A stretch of DNA of 64,000 bases from the human T2T-CHM13v2.0 reference genome, Homo sapiens: assembly GCF_009914755.1 (NCBI RefSeq), contig NC_060941.1. One strand, given 5' to 3'. The position numbers and the translations under genes are program-made. How positions within the stretch are numbered: the stretch's first letter is position 1; every line of letters starts with the position of its first letter. The notes below the pieces were generated by a model that was given only the letters and a program-made list of their open reading frames with translations, was not told where the DNA came from and ran no database searches. Below are positions 1-11,882 of this stretch, in pieces.

Positions 1-549
1 TAAGAACTCATCGTCATTTGAGGTGATAGTAGCTCTTGATGCTTATTTTGAGTAGATAACACTGGATCAAATCTGGACAAAACGGTCTAAAAAAACTTCA
101 GTTTTTAAAAGAAATTAAAAACATAGAGAAGTACATAGAACATTGAGTAGAGCCTATCCTGACCCCAATAGGGGACTCAAGTCCTTGGAAGCACCTACAT
201 GTGAAACGTGAATCACACGAGTGTTAGACAAGCCCTCCCACGTAGTCTGCTTGGGAATACGTTTGATTATCACTTGATATAGTGGGATACATAGGCCTTG
301 AATAGGATAGCAGCTCATAGAGTTGTACAGGACAGACAAAAATTTTTGCAAACCACTAAGTGTTGGAATAAAACCTCCAAGACTGCCTTGCATGTTTTCT
401 TTTCTCTAGTTCAGGTTCTGTGCAACTCTGGTCTTTCTGTCATAAGATGCTGATTTTTATCTCTGAAACATGTCATTTTTTAGCGTTGCCTTTCTTGTGC
501 ATGTAATGAAGAATTCTGTAATGGGAAATTTTTCTGAATATACCTTGTT

Positions 550-840
550 GGCCGGGCGCAGTGGCTCATGCCTGTAATCCCAACACCTGGGGAGGCCAAG
601 GCAGGTGGATCACCTGAGCTCAGGAGTTCAAGACCACCCTGGGCAACATGGTGAAACCTCAACTCTAATAAAATACAAAAAATTAGCTGGGTGTGGTGGC
701 AGTGCCTGTAGTCCCAGCTGTGCCGGAGGCTGGGGAACGAGAATCACTTGAGCCCCAAAGGCGGAGGTTGCAGTGAGCCGAGATCATGCCATTGCACTCC
801 AGCTTGGGCTACAGAGTGAGACTCCATCTCAAAAAAGAAA
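550..840 (+). mobile_element. Alu SINE (old AluJ/S type)
   Basis: Starts GGCCGGGCGCAGTGGCTCATGCCTGTAATCCC, has the A-rich linker, right arm and A tail. Confidence 0.95.
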
Positions 841-1859
841 TATGCATATATACTTTGACATAGGTGCTCTGATTAGCAAGTGACAAGAAAGGGGTTTTCA
901 ACCAACATTGCACACATATCCAGAACACTGTTCAGGGGTAGACGCATTGGGAGGCTGCCCAGTGTTCTGCTGTGGCACTGCTAAAAGCGTGATGGATGCG
1001 CTTCTTCAGGAAGTGTTGCCAGGGGCAGTTCAGGAACTACATGGGGGAAACAGTCCCATTACTTTCCAGCTTTACTCCTCCTGTTAGTCACCAGACAGGG
1101 TTTTGAATCACTTCGGGATCATTTTCTTTATTTGAAAGAATGTGCCTTGGGGCCGGACATCTAAAGCTCCCCAAATGGAATTTCAAGCATAATTTCAAAA
1201 CTTTAAGAGGAATGTAAATTGACTGGACCCGGTAGTCACAATTAGGGAAACAGAAGAGGGAGATATCAGGCACAATCTCATCGCTAGAGACCTTTGACTC
1301 TCCTGTTTTACATTCTTTTCTTTGTTTACGGACGTGGGATTTTTGTTTTTCAAAGTGGTAACCAGAGGTAACTAGGTAAAAAGTTGTATATTCTGCTCTT
1401 TTCGAGACATATTATCTCATAATTTATTTTCATGCTGCTGTGGAGTCTTCATGATAATCACATTTTATGCAATGGGAGCCTCTTTGGAAGACTTAAATCA
1501 TCACATTAACAAGACTCATTTCTCTACTGCAGAAACTTCAAACCCAAGGTCATTCTAAAGAGATCTGTCTCTCCCCTTTATAAAGATCTGTCTCTCCCCT
1601 TTATAAGGATCTGTCTCCCCTTTATAAAGGTCCAAAAAGATAATCTGTGCATCACTCAGTAACCTTTCTAGTGTTTATTCACTCTAAGACACTTATCCAC
1701 ACCCCATAGCCAAACTTCGTTTTCAGGCAGAGAAAATATGGGTCATGCTTCAGTTATTCATGCCTCAGAGTTGTAAGAGCACAGACAGCTCTGCGGTTTG
1801 ACACTTGGTGGCAAGTCACATCCTATTTTCTGACCCCACTTATTCTGAAACTGGACAAT

Positions 1860-2005
1860 GCTCATTTAAAGCTCTGCCACTTACTGGCTGTGTGTCCTTG
1901 GGCCATAATAATAGTTCATATCAGAATTGTAAGGATTACATGAGCTAATATTTGTCAAGTGCTAAGAACAAACAATGTCTGGCACTTAGTGTCTTGTATT
2001 TGTTA
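1860..2005 (+). mobile_element. MIR fragment
   Basis: gctctgccacttactggctgtgtgtccttggg...taaggattacatgagctaata...tgtctggcacttagt resembles the MIR core. Confidence 0.7.
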
Positions 2006-4092
2006 AATATATATATATATAGTAAATATATATATACACACATATATACACATATATAGTAACATGACCTTTTACTATATATATAGTAAAATATATATAG
2101 TATATATGTATATATACATATGTATTACATATATAGTAAAATATGTATAGTATATATGTATACAGTATATATGTATGTATACTATATATGTATATGGTGT
2201 TGCGGGAAGTCAGGAACCCCAAACGGAGGGACTGACTGAAGCCATGACAGAAGAACGTGGATTGTGAAGATTTTATGGACATTTATTAGTTCCTCAAATT
2301 AATACTTTTGTAATTTCTTATGCCTGTCTTTACTGAAATCTCTAAACATAAATTGTAAAGATTTCATGGACACTTATCACTTCCCCAATCAATACCCTTG
2401 TGATTTCCTATGCCTGTCTTTACTTTAATCTCTTAATCCTGTCAGTTGAGGAGGATGTATATCATTCCAGGACCCTGTAATAATTGCATTAACTACAAAA
2501 ATTGTACAGCATGTCTGTTTGAGCAATATGAAATGTGGGCACCCTGAAAAAAGAACAGAATAACAGCAATTGTTCAGGGAATAAGAGAGATAATCTTAAA
2601 CTCTGACCGCTGGTGAGCCGGGCAGAACAGAGCCATATTTCTCTTCTTTCAAAAGCAAATGGGAGAAACATCGCTGAATTCTTTTTCTCAGCGTGGAACG
2701 TCCCTGAGAAAGAGAATGCGCACCTAGGGGTAGGTCTCTGAACTGGCCCCCCCGGGGTGTACCTGTCTCTTATGGTCGAGATTGCAGAGGTGAAATAAAC
2801 TCCAGTCTCCCATAGCGCTCCCAGGCTTATTAGGAAGAGGAAATTCCCACCTAATAACTTTTGGTCAGACCGGTTGATCTCAAAACCCTGTCTCCTGATA
2901 AGATGTTATCAATGACAGTGGTGCCCAAAACTTCATTAGCAATTTTAATTTCACCTCGGTCCTGTGGTCCTCTGATCTCGCCCTGCCTCCACTTGCCTTG
3001 TGATATTGCATTACCCTGTTAAGTACTTGATGTCTGTCACTCACACCTATTCGTATACTCTCTCCCCTTTTGAAACTCCCTAATAAAAACTTGCTGGTTT
3101 TTGTGGCTTGTGGGGCATCACGGATCCTACCAAAATGTGATGTCTCCCCCGGACACCCAGCTTTAAAGTTTCTCTCTTTTGTTCTCTGTCCCTTTATTTC
3201 TCAAGCCAGCCGATGCTTAGGAAAATAGAAAAGAACATACGTGATTATCGGGGCAGGTTCCCCGATAATATGGTACATATATATTACATATATAGTAAAA
3301 TATATATAATATATTACATATATAGTAAAATATATATAATATATTATATATATAGTAAAATATATATAATATAATATATATAGTAAAATATATATAATAT
3401 ATTATATATAGTAAAATATATATAATATATTATATATATAGTAAAATATATATAACATATTATATATAGTAAAATATATATAATATATTATATATATAGT
3501 AAAATATATATAATATATTATATATAGTAAAATATATATAATATATTATATATAGTAAAATATATATAATATATTATATATAGTAAAATATATATAATAT
3601 ATTATATATAGTAAAATATATAATATATTATATATAGTAAAATATATATAATATATTATATATATATTAAAATATATATAATATATTATATATATAGTAA
3701 AATATATAATATATTATATATAGTAAAATATATAATATATTATATATAGTAAAATATATAATATATTATATATAGTAAAATATATATAATATATTATATA
3801 TAGTAAATATATAATATATTATGTATAGTAAAATATATATAATATATTATATATAGTAAATATATAATATATTATATATAGTAAAATATATATAATATAT
3901 TATATATAGTAAAATATATAATATAATATATTATATATTTATATATACAGATATACTAGATATATTTTACTATATATAGTATATATGTATATATACAAAT
4001 ATGTATATATATTTTACTATATGTATTTTACATATACTATATATATTTACTATATGTATACCATATGTATATATAGCAAAAGGTCATGTTAC
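2006..4092. repeat. AT-rich minisatellite (unit about TATATAGTAAAATATATATAATATAT) interrupted by an LTR, with an inverted distal part
   Basis: Tandem 24-28 bp units at 3274-3930; reverse-orientation units (TATATTTTACTATATA) at 3931-4077; AT-rich left part at 2006-2197. Confidence 0.95.
2198..3267 (+). mobile_element. MER11-family (HERV-K11/HML-8) solo LTR, 1070 bp
   Basis: Starts TGTTGCGGGAAGTCAGG, ends GGTTCCCCGATA; perfect 6-bp TSD ATATGG at 2192-2197 and 3268-3273; internal AATAAA. Confidence 0.9.
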
Positions 4093-4544
4093 ATTGGTAC
4101 TTTCTAAATTCTAAACTTTAAGTTTAGAAAAAAGACCAACATATTTGTTATGGCAAATGGTTAGTTCTCTGCTCAGTCACCAAACAATACACATGAAATA
4201 ACATTATTCAGTAGTAAGTTCCATTAATAGCATGAAATAAAATAAAAGCACCTGGAAGGAAGAAACAGAGCACCTTCTCATTGAGCACTTACCTCTGTGA
4301 AGGGAGTCAGGCTATTGTTGAACTGACAGAAGGCATATCTGTCAGGACTGTGTATAGCAACAAGACCCCTACTGAGAACCCCACAGCCCATGCAATACAG
4401 AATGGGGTCTTAGAGAAGCATCCTTAAAAAAAAAAGCCTTCAAATTGATTTAGACAGATTTCTCATGGTGATGGACAACAGATTTTGTGTAACAAACTCC
4501 AGAGCTTTATTTCACATTATCATTTAACAATAACATTATGAACA

Positions 4545-6400
4545 AATTTTTTTTTCATTATTTCAACTTTTCCTTTAGATTCAGGTGGTATATTGTGTGA
4601 TGTGCCAGTTTGTTATGTGGGTATACTGTGTGATGCTGAGGTTTGGGGTATGATCGATCCTGTCACCCAGGACTGAGTGTAGCACCCAACAGTTTTTCAG
4701 CCCTTGTCTCCCTCCCGCTCTGCCTGCTCTAGTAGTCCCCAGTGTCTATTGTTGCCATCATTATGTCAATGAGTACCCGATGTTTAACTCCCATTTGTCA
4801 GTGAGAAAATATGGCATTTGGTTTTCTGTTCCTGGGTTAATTTGTTTAGGATAATGGCCCCCAGCTGCATCCATGTTACTGTGAAGGACATGAGTTCATT
4901 GTTTTTTATGGGTGAGTAGTATTCCATGGTGTATGTGTACCATATTTTCTCTATCCAGTCCACCACTGATGGGAACCTAGGTCGATTCCATGTCTTTGCT
5001 ATTGTGAATTGTACTGTGACAAACATGCAAGTGCATGTGTCTTTTTGGTAGAATGATTTGTTTTCTTTTGGCTACAGACCAAGTAAAGGGATTGCTGGGT
5101 CAAATGATAGTTCTACTTTAAGTTCCTGAGAAATCTCCACACTGCTTTCCATAGTAGCTGAACTAATTTACATTCCCATCAACAGCATATAAGCATTCTC
5201 TCCTCTCAACAGCCTTGTCAGCATCTGTTGTTTTTTAACTATTTTTTTCTTTATTCTGAAAGTATGGGGCTTCAGTTACTGAGCTTTTTAATAATAGCCA
5301 TTTTGACTGGTGTAAGATGGTATCTCATTGTGGTTTTGATTTTGCATTTCTTTGATGAATAATGATGTGGAGCATTTTTTCACATGTGTGTTTGGCTGCT
5401 TGTATGTCTTGTTTTGAGAAGTGATTGTTCAAGTCCTTTGCCCACTTTTTAATGGGATTATTTGTTTTTGCTTGTTCAATTGTTTAAGTTCCTTATAGAT
5501 TCTGGATGTTAGGCCTTTGTTGGATGCACAGTTTGTGAATATTTTCTCTCATTCTGTAGGTTGTCTATTTACTGTGTTCATAGTTTCATTTACTGTGCAG
5601 AAGCTCTTTAGTTTAATTAGGTCCCACTTGCCAATTTTTGTGTTTGTTGCAATTGCTTTTGAGGACTTAGTCATAAATTCTTTCCCAAGGTTGATGTTAA
5701 GAATTATGTTTTCTAGATTTTCTCCTAGGGTTTTTAAAGTTTGAGGTCTTACATTTAAATCTTTAATCCATCTTGAGTTAATTTTTCTATATGGTGAAAG
5801 TCAGGGTCTAGTTTCAATCATCTGCATAAAGCTAGCCAGCTATCCCAGCACCACTTATTGAATAGGGAGTCCTATCCTCATTGCTTATTTTTGTTAATGA
5901 TATCAAAGATTAGATTGTTGTATGAGCATGGCTTTATTTCTGGGTTCTCTATTCTGTTCCTTTTGTCTATGCCACTTTATATTTTACAACTTTCTGTTTT
6001 TGTACCAGTACCATGCTGTTTTGTTTACTGTAGTCTTATAGCATAGTTTGAAGTCAGGTAATGTGATGCCTTCAGTTTTCTTTTTATTTACGATTGCTTT
6101 GGCTATTTGGGCTCTTTTTGGTTCCTTATGAATTTCAGAATAGTTTTTTTCTAGTTCTGTGAAAAATGACATTGGTAGCTTGATAGAAATAGCATTGAAT
6201 CTGTAGATTGCTTTGGGCAGTGTGGTCATTTTAATGATACTGATTCTTCCAATCCATTGGCATGGGATGTTTTTCCATTCGTTTGTGTCACCTATCATTT
6301 CTTTAAGTCGTGTTCTGTAGTTTTCTCTGTAGAGATTTTTCACTTCCTTGGCTAGATGTATTCCTAGGAAGTGTGTATATGTGTGTGTGTGGCTATTGAA
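4545..6400 (-). mobile_element. 5'-truncated L1 (old L1PA/L1PB type), 3' UTR plus decayed ORF2 C-terminus
   Basis: Minus-strand ORF2 remnants [30 protein letters not shown] and TAWYWYKNR; T-rich tail at the left end. Confidence 0.9.
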
Positions 6401-7029
6401 ATGTAAAATAAAGTTGTAGAATGTACAACCATTTTGTGATTAACATGTCTCTCACCATACTAAGAAGTGTTTGACCTGAGGTCTAAATGCAGGAAACTTG
6501 TATTCTCCAGGGTCTTTTCTGAACTTTTGGGATTATAATTACATTAGTAAGTAACTTATTTACTCTTACATTATTCATGTTTCTTTAACTTCAAAAACAG
6601 AGGTAATTGGCCAGAGGTTGCCTAAGGCTTCTTCCACCTCTAACACCCTGGGCGTTCTATGATGTTCCAACAGGTGTCGGATCAGTAAACACACCATTAG
6701 GCTGGGAATGTAAGTTTCAACCCAGGTGCGGCCTCCTAGCGTGTTTCTTGTTGCAGAACATTTCTCAGGTGTTCAATGCATGCCTGGAATTTTGGGCACA
6801 AGTGACTCTGTACACATGATAAAGTCATAGTTGTATCCATCTTCCTGACTCAGCTGTGCTCCATAAATGCCATTTACAATGATTATAAGAAAACTACTCA
6901 GACTTAAGTTATGAGAACTGTATAAGAGGATTATTCTGCATCTTGCTTTGAGTATCTCTAGAAAAAAAGAGACAATCTCCCAGAAGAAAATATCACAAAG
7001 ACCATGATTTCTATGGTAGGAGTATTGAG

Positions 7030-7035
7030 TTTATT
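7030..7035 (-). terminator. poly(A) signal AATAAA of KRTAP2-2
   Basis: TTTATT on + strand about 400 nt downstream of the stop codon. Confidence 0.7.
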
Positions 7036-7259
7036 AGAAAGCAGACAACATGATATAGGAGTTAGACTGGAGTCCTAGGAAAAGTATTTCTCATCTGTGG
7101 TTGGTCTGAAAAGGTGTCTTCAATGCATAGTGTGAGCTAGTATGAAGAGATGAGAAATGGGCTTCTCAAGGAAACGTGTATTGCTCTGCGGTGAAGCCCT
7201 GAGGGGCAGCGGGATGGACCTGGCCATCTTCTGAGGGGCCCTTCGTGATAACGGGCTGC

Positions 7260-7439
7260 TCAGCAGGAGGAGGTCCTGCAGGTGGTGCTGCAAGGGGTCG
7301 GCTGGCCGCAGGGGGACTGCACAGACACAGGCTGGCAGCAGGTGGTGGCTCAGCAGGAGGAGGTCCTGCAGGTGGTGCTGCAAGGGGTCGGCTGGCCGCA
7401 GGGGGACTGCACAGACACAGGCTGGCAGCAGGTGGTGGC
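7260..7439 (-). repeat. Two exact 90-bp tandem copies of the KRTAP2-2 C-terminal coding segment in the 3' UTR, each ending in TGA
   Basis: 7261-7350 equals 7351-7440; each copy reads [29 protein letters not shown] in frame with the CDS. Confidence 0.97.
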
Positions 7440-7826
7440 TCAGCAGGAGGAGGTCCTGCAGGTGGTGCTGCAAGGGGTCGGCTGGCCGCAGGGGGGCCGG
7501 CAGCAGGGGGACTGCACAGACACAGGCTGGCAGCAGGTGGTGGCCCAGCAGCAGGGCCTGCACACCACAGCCGTGCACGACGAGGGGCAGCAGGTGATGG
7601 GGCGGCAGCAGCCTTCCTGCAGGGAGCAGGGGTCGCAGCACACCGGGCGGCGGCAGGGCTCGCAGATGGGGCGCGTGCAGCGGGGCACGCAGGTCACGGG
7701 GCGGCACACGGTGGTCTGGCAGGTCACGGGGCGGCAGCAGCAGGGGTCGCGGCAGCAGCAGGGCTGGCAGCAGCCTCCCCCGTAGCTCAGGGAGGAGAAG
7801 GTGGAGCCGCAGCAGGAGCCGGTCAT
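7440..7826 (-). CDS. KRTAP2-2: Keratin-associated protein 2-2, 128 aa, intronless high-sulfur KAP
   Basis: [20 protein letters not shown]...RTSSC; ACCACCATG Kozak context; TATA upstream; paralog assigned from Phe10 and gene order. Confidence 0.9.
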   Translation of the reverse strand: MTGSCCGSTFSSLSYGGGCCQPCCCRDPCCCRPVTCQTTVCRPVTCVPRCTRPICEPCRRPVCCDPCSLQEGCCRPITCCPSSCTAVVCRPCCWATTCCQPVSVQSPCCRPPCGQPTPCSTTCRTSSC

Positions 7827-7912
7827 GGTGGTGTCTGAGGCTGGTGTGGGTTGGGCTGTGGAGAGGAGCTGGATGTTCTCAGGTGTGAATGTCCTCCTCC
7901 CCCTCTGGGCCC

Positions 7913-7920
7913 TTTATATA
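7913..7920 (-). promoter_or_regulatory. TATA box of KRTAP2-2
   Basis: TATATAAA about 90 nt upstream of the ATG, conserved in all three KRTAP2 copies. Confidence 0.85.
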
Positions 7921-8509
7921 CGCTGGCTGGGAGCTGATGACCCCCAGGACACAAGGTCATTTCCTTGTTTTCACTTATTCTTCCTGAAATAACACCAGCA
8001 GATTAGTAAGTTTTGTAGACATTGTTTAGATGCTCAGGTACACATAAAAGTCTATTTTCCTTATTTAGTGTAGACCCATTATATTTTGCTATTTATGGTT
8101 CAAATATGAATTTAATGACCCTAACTTCAAAGTCTCCAATTATCGTTATAATTCAATGACGCTTTTGCTAGTTGCTGTTTTGATAGCTCAAAGCAGCTGT
8201 TGTGCTCTGCATGCTCTGAGGGTTATTACTTGCTAGCAGTTGAAGTAAAGCGAGCATCTCAAGTTGTTAGTATTCTTTGCCACTGCTAAGCTTCCTGGGC
8301 AAAACAAGTTGAGGATAATACTACAGGGATAGTTTAAAAGTCAGGATTTCTCAGTAAAAGAAGAATTTTCCTGTCCCCTTTTTGGAGGTACAAGAATGCA
8401 TTTTAGTAGGTTTCCATCATCCAGTGGTTTTTGTCTTAGAGATATGTTCATTGATTTCTATGGTTGTATCTTTCCAGACCAAGGTAAATTTCACTGTAAT
8501 CTTCATGAT

Positions 8510-8695
8510 AGCCAGTATCATTAAGTTGTAACTATGTTCCAAGCATCATATTAAAAAATACATGCATTAATCTAATCTTCATAACATTCTTAGGATGTGG
8601 ATATTGTTTATTTCTCATTTCACACATAAGGAACCAGATAAGTGACTTACCCAAGGTCATGTACCTAGTAAGTGTTGGAGCCAATACTCATTCCA
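8510..8695 (-). mobile_element. MIR fragment
   Basis: tctcattttcacacataaggaa...aagtgacttacccaaggtcatgtacctagtaagtg. Confidence 0.7.
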
Positions 8696-9335
8696 GAAAT
8701 ATCTGTGGGAACATTATTTATCAGCCCAAAAAGCTGAAGAACTCACTGTAGCTAAAGAATGGATTGTAGGTACCACATTCCCAGGTATTAAGGAATGTCT
8801 ATTTTATTTAGGAGCTTTTACAGTGTATTTACTTTGAAAACAGTTGTTATTTATGATATGTCTAATTTTTAGAGTCGGTTGAAAGGACTCTATGTCTTAC
8901 CAACAGCCTCAGGAGTGGGAAGAATTACCTTCTATTCAGCCTTCTGAAAATGTCGAAACATACCCTAAGGAGATAGTGTCATAGTTGGGCATAACTGAAT
9001 GATTATGGGGTATTGTGAACAAAGCCACCAATATGGTGAGGAAGTCAAACAAGTCTATGTAGAGGAAGGTTGCAGTCTTGCGGTATAACAAAACCCTTCA
9101 GTAGTGATCCCACTTGAACGTGTTCTCGGGCCTCATCTGGCCCATACCTCAGTGTCTTCAACATCTCCCTGTGTGCTATGCTGGGGCTCATTTCTGCTTA
9201 TGGAACCAATTGTCATTTTTAATTGTTTCAAACTGTCATGACTTGTAGGCAAATTATGTCACTCAATCACTTTTGAGTCTTTGCCTCTTAATTTACTTGG
9301 TTCTGACCTTTTCCTTTACAACTAAGACTGTTCTA

Positions 9336-9413
9336 TTAGGTTGGTGCAAAAAGTAATTGTGGTTTTTGGCACTTTCAATGGCAGAAGCTACAATTATTTT
9401 TGCACCAGCCTAA
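9336..9413. mobile_element. MADE1 (Hsmar1-derived MITE)
   Basis: TTAGGTTGGTGCAAAAAGTAATTG...CAATTATTTTTGCACCAGCCTAA terminal inverted repeats flanked by TA. Confidence 0.9.
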
Positions 9414-10086
9414 TAGATCTGAAGTTGAAGGTTCAAGTGTAAGCATTCTTATTGATCACACCACTTGCATGGTTTCTTATAGGCTTACCCAGATCTGCAC
9501 CAGCCACTTCAGCCAACCAGAGAATGGGGTGACTGTGGGAATAAATGAGATCCAATAATAATGATAGGTTTGAGGGGAAACAAGGCATTGTCCATTTGAG
9601 AAAACACTTTTAAATAAGGAGGTCTCTAGAAGGCTAACAAGAAAAACTCTGAGAGGAGAAAAACAGATGTACTTAACGAATTTTGAAAACAGTGATCAAG
9701 AATATATAGAAAGAAATTAGACTTGTGAGCCTATCCATTGGTTAATTACCAAACCGTTAAAAAAGATAAAACTCCATTGTGCACGTACTGCAAATGTAAA
9801 GTTTTTGAATATAACAGTCTTCTTGTTGAGAAACTTTTACCATATTTCCAGAAAAAAGATCTTTCTTCATGATTGGTTTATTGTTTTATTTTAAGAATAT
9901 GCATATCCAGCATGAGTTGAGAGTTGGGATGGAATGATAATGTCTTTCTCTGTTTTAACCAATCCCCTTAGAACTTACTCATTTATCATTCAACACATCA
10001 TTTCTGATTATACTCAATGTGCCAAATATCGTGCAGATCAGTGGGAATCTAGTAGTGAACAAAGTTAGTCGAGATCCTGGCCCTCA

Positions 10087-11030
10087 ATGTAAATTAGCTC
10101 AGCCATTGTGGAAAGCAGTTTGGCAATTTCTGAAAGTATTTAAAACAGAATTACCATTCAACCCAGCAATCCCATTAGTGGGTATGGACCCAGAGGGATT
10201 GAAATCATTCTACCATAAAGACATATACATGCATATGTTTATTGCAGCACTGTTCAAAGTAGCAAAGATATGGAATCAACCTAAATACCCATCAAGGGTG
10301 GACTGGATAAAGAAAATGTGGTACACATACACCATGGAATACTATACAGCCATAAAAAAGGAAATTATGTCCTTTGTAGCAATGTGGATGAAGCTGGAGG
10401 CCATTATCCTAAGCAAACTAACACAGATACAGAAAACCAAATACGGCATGTTCTCACTTATAAGTGGTAGCTAAACATTGAGTACATATGGACACAAATA
10501 AGGGAACAACAGATACTGAAGCTTACTTGAGGGCAGATGGTGGGAAGAGGGTGAGGATAAAAAAACCATCTATCTGTTACTATGCTTTTGTTTAATTAAA
10601 TTAATTAATTAATTAAGTTTTGAGACAGAGTCTCACTCTGTCACCCAGGCAGGAGTGCAGTGGCGCAACCTTGTCTCACCAAAGCCTCTGCCTCCCAGGT
10701 TCAAGCGATTCTCCTGATTCAGCCTCCTGAGTAGCTTGGATTACAGGCGCATGCCACCATGCCCAGCTACTTTTTGTATTTTTAGTAGAGACAGGGTTTC
10801 ACCATGTTGGCCAGGATGGTCTTGAATTCCTGGCCTCAAGTGACCTACCCATCTCAGCCTCCCAAAGTGCTGGGATTTCAGGCTTGAGCCACTGCACCTG
10901 GCCATCTGTTACTATGCTTATTACCTGGGTGATGAAATAATCTGTATACCAAAACCCTGTGACACACAATTTACCTATATAACAAACGTGCACATGTACC
11001 CCTGAACTTGAAATAAATTTAAATTAAAAA
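10087..11030 (+). mobile_element. L1 3' fragment (L1PA/L1PB type) inserted into an L2 relic and itself interrupted by an Alu
   Basis: ORF2 end QPLWKAVWQFLK...KKMWYTYTMEYY; 3' UTR and A tail; degenerate duplicated flank ...cctg(g/c)cctca. Confidence 0.88.
10589..10903 (-). mobile_element. AluS inside L1
   Basis: Antisense Alu with 16-bp TSD ATCTGTTACTATGCTT at 10573-10588 and 10904-10919. Confidence 0.95.
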
Positions 11031-11876
11031 GACTAAAGACCCCTGCCCTCACAAAGCTTCCCTTGCCTCACTTCTCTCAATGGGCAGGTAGATATGCCCA
11101 GGAATACATGCTGAACAATCAAAGAAATCTCTTTTCTATCACATGCTAGGAACTAAAAAGATATTTATCAGGAAAATGATAGTGGTTAGCCTTCCTTACC
11201 AACATACAAGTATTTAACAAAATCAAAAATATATGCAGTATGGATTAATGTTATCAGCATTTCAACCGCATTGCAGTTGTTTAAATGGTTAAGATGTATG
11301 CGGAGCTCAAAACTAGGATGATTACAACCAAGGCTTCATTTCTCCCTGTCTTCTCAGCAGCAGCCACTCCACTGGAAGTAGAACTGGCCATGGTGGTGCT
11401 GACGGGAACCATGGAGAAGATGGGATAGTGGTTCCTCCAGCATAGGATGTTCAGTGGCTAGGGATTCCCAGGTCTTGTTTGACATCAATTACCGTACAGT
11501 TTCCTACATTGGTGAACAAATAGGGCTATAACTTAGCTTAGACTTCCTCCCCCTTATCATGTGTGTGAATTATTCATAAGTCAAGTTTATGTTTACAGAG
11601 ACCTACTGTAGTCTCACCATTTCGTCAGCATCACCATAAAACCTGCGACTCGAAATATGAAGGTGAATCATGAGATGATCAGATTTATTTGAAATGCTAT
11701 TAAAATTATAGACCTTCCACCTGAGTTGTTCCTATTCTAAAGCTCAAAAATGGCCCTTAGAAAATCTCTCCTTTCGTTCTTCTGGTTCTGCATGCTGTAA
11801 TGTAAGCTAAATATGAGCTTTTGAAGAGCAATAAACAATAAATAAAAAGAAATGTTTGCTTCCCCAGAAATATAAT

Positions 11877-11882
11877 TTTATT
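11877..11882 (-). terminator. poly(A) signal of KRTAP2-3 (a second AATAAA lies at 12020-12025)
   Basis: TTTATT on + strand about 400 nt downstream of the stop, the same spacing as in KRTAP2-2. Confidence 0.6.

Noticed and set aside
1-540. Possible upstream region of the neighbouring KRTAP2-1 gene
   Set aside because: Expected from recalled gene order, but no CDS or TATA lies inside the window
3274-3930. CRISPR-like regularly spaced repeats
   Set aside because: No unique spacers; an ordinary eukaryotic AT minisatellite
7260-7442. Selenocysteine recoding of in-frame UGA codons in Cys-rich KRTAPs
   Set aside because: I could not identify a SECIS element by eye; microhomology duplication and point mutation explain the UGAs (SECISearch would be decisive)
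7245-7838. Antisense and alternate-frame ORFs over the KRTAP2 genes (Gln-rich, Ala/Gly-rich, Leu/Pro-rich; also 12193-12624 and 18031-18472)
   Set aside because: Shadows of a GC-rich TGC/CAG-repetitive CDS that lacks stops in other frames; mostly non-ATG starts and no promoter
10019-10474. L1 ORF2-like ORFs (also 5984-6343, 30566-30838, 39036-39422) as genes
   Set aside because: Truncated, frameshifted L1 relics; no full-length element
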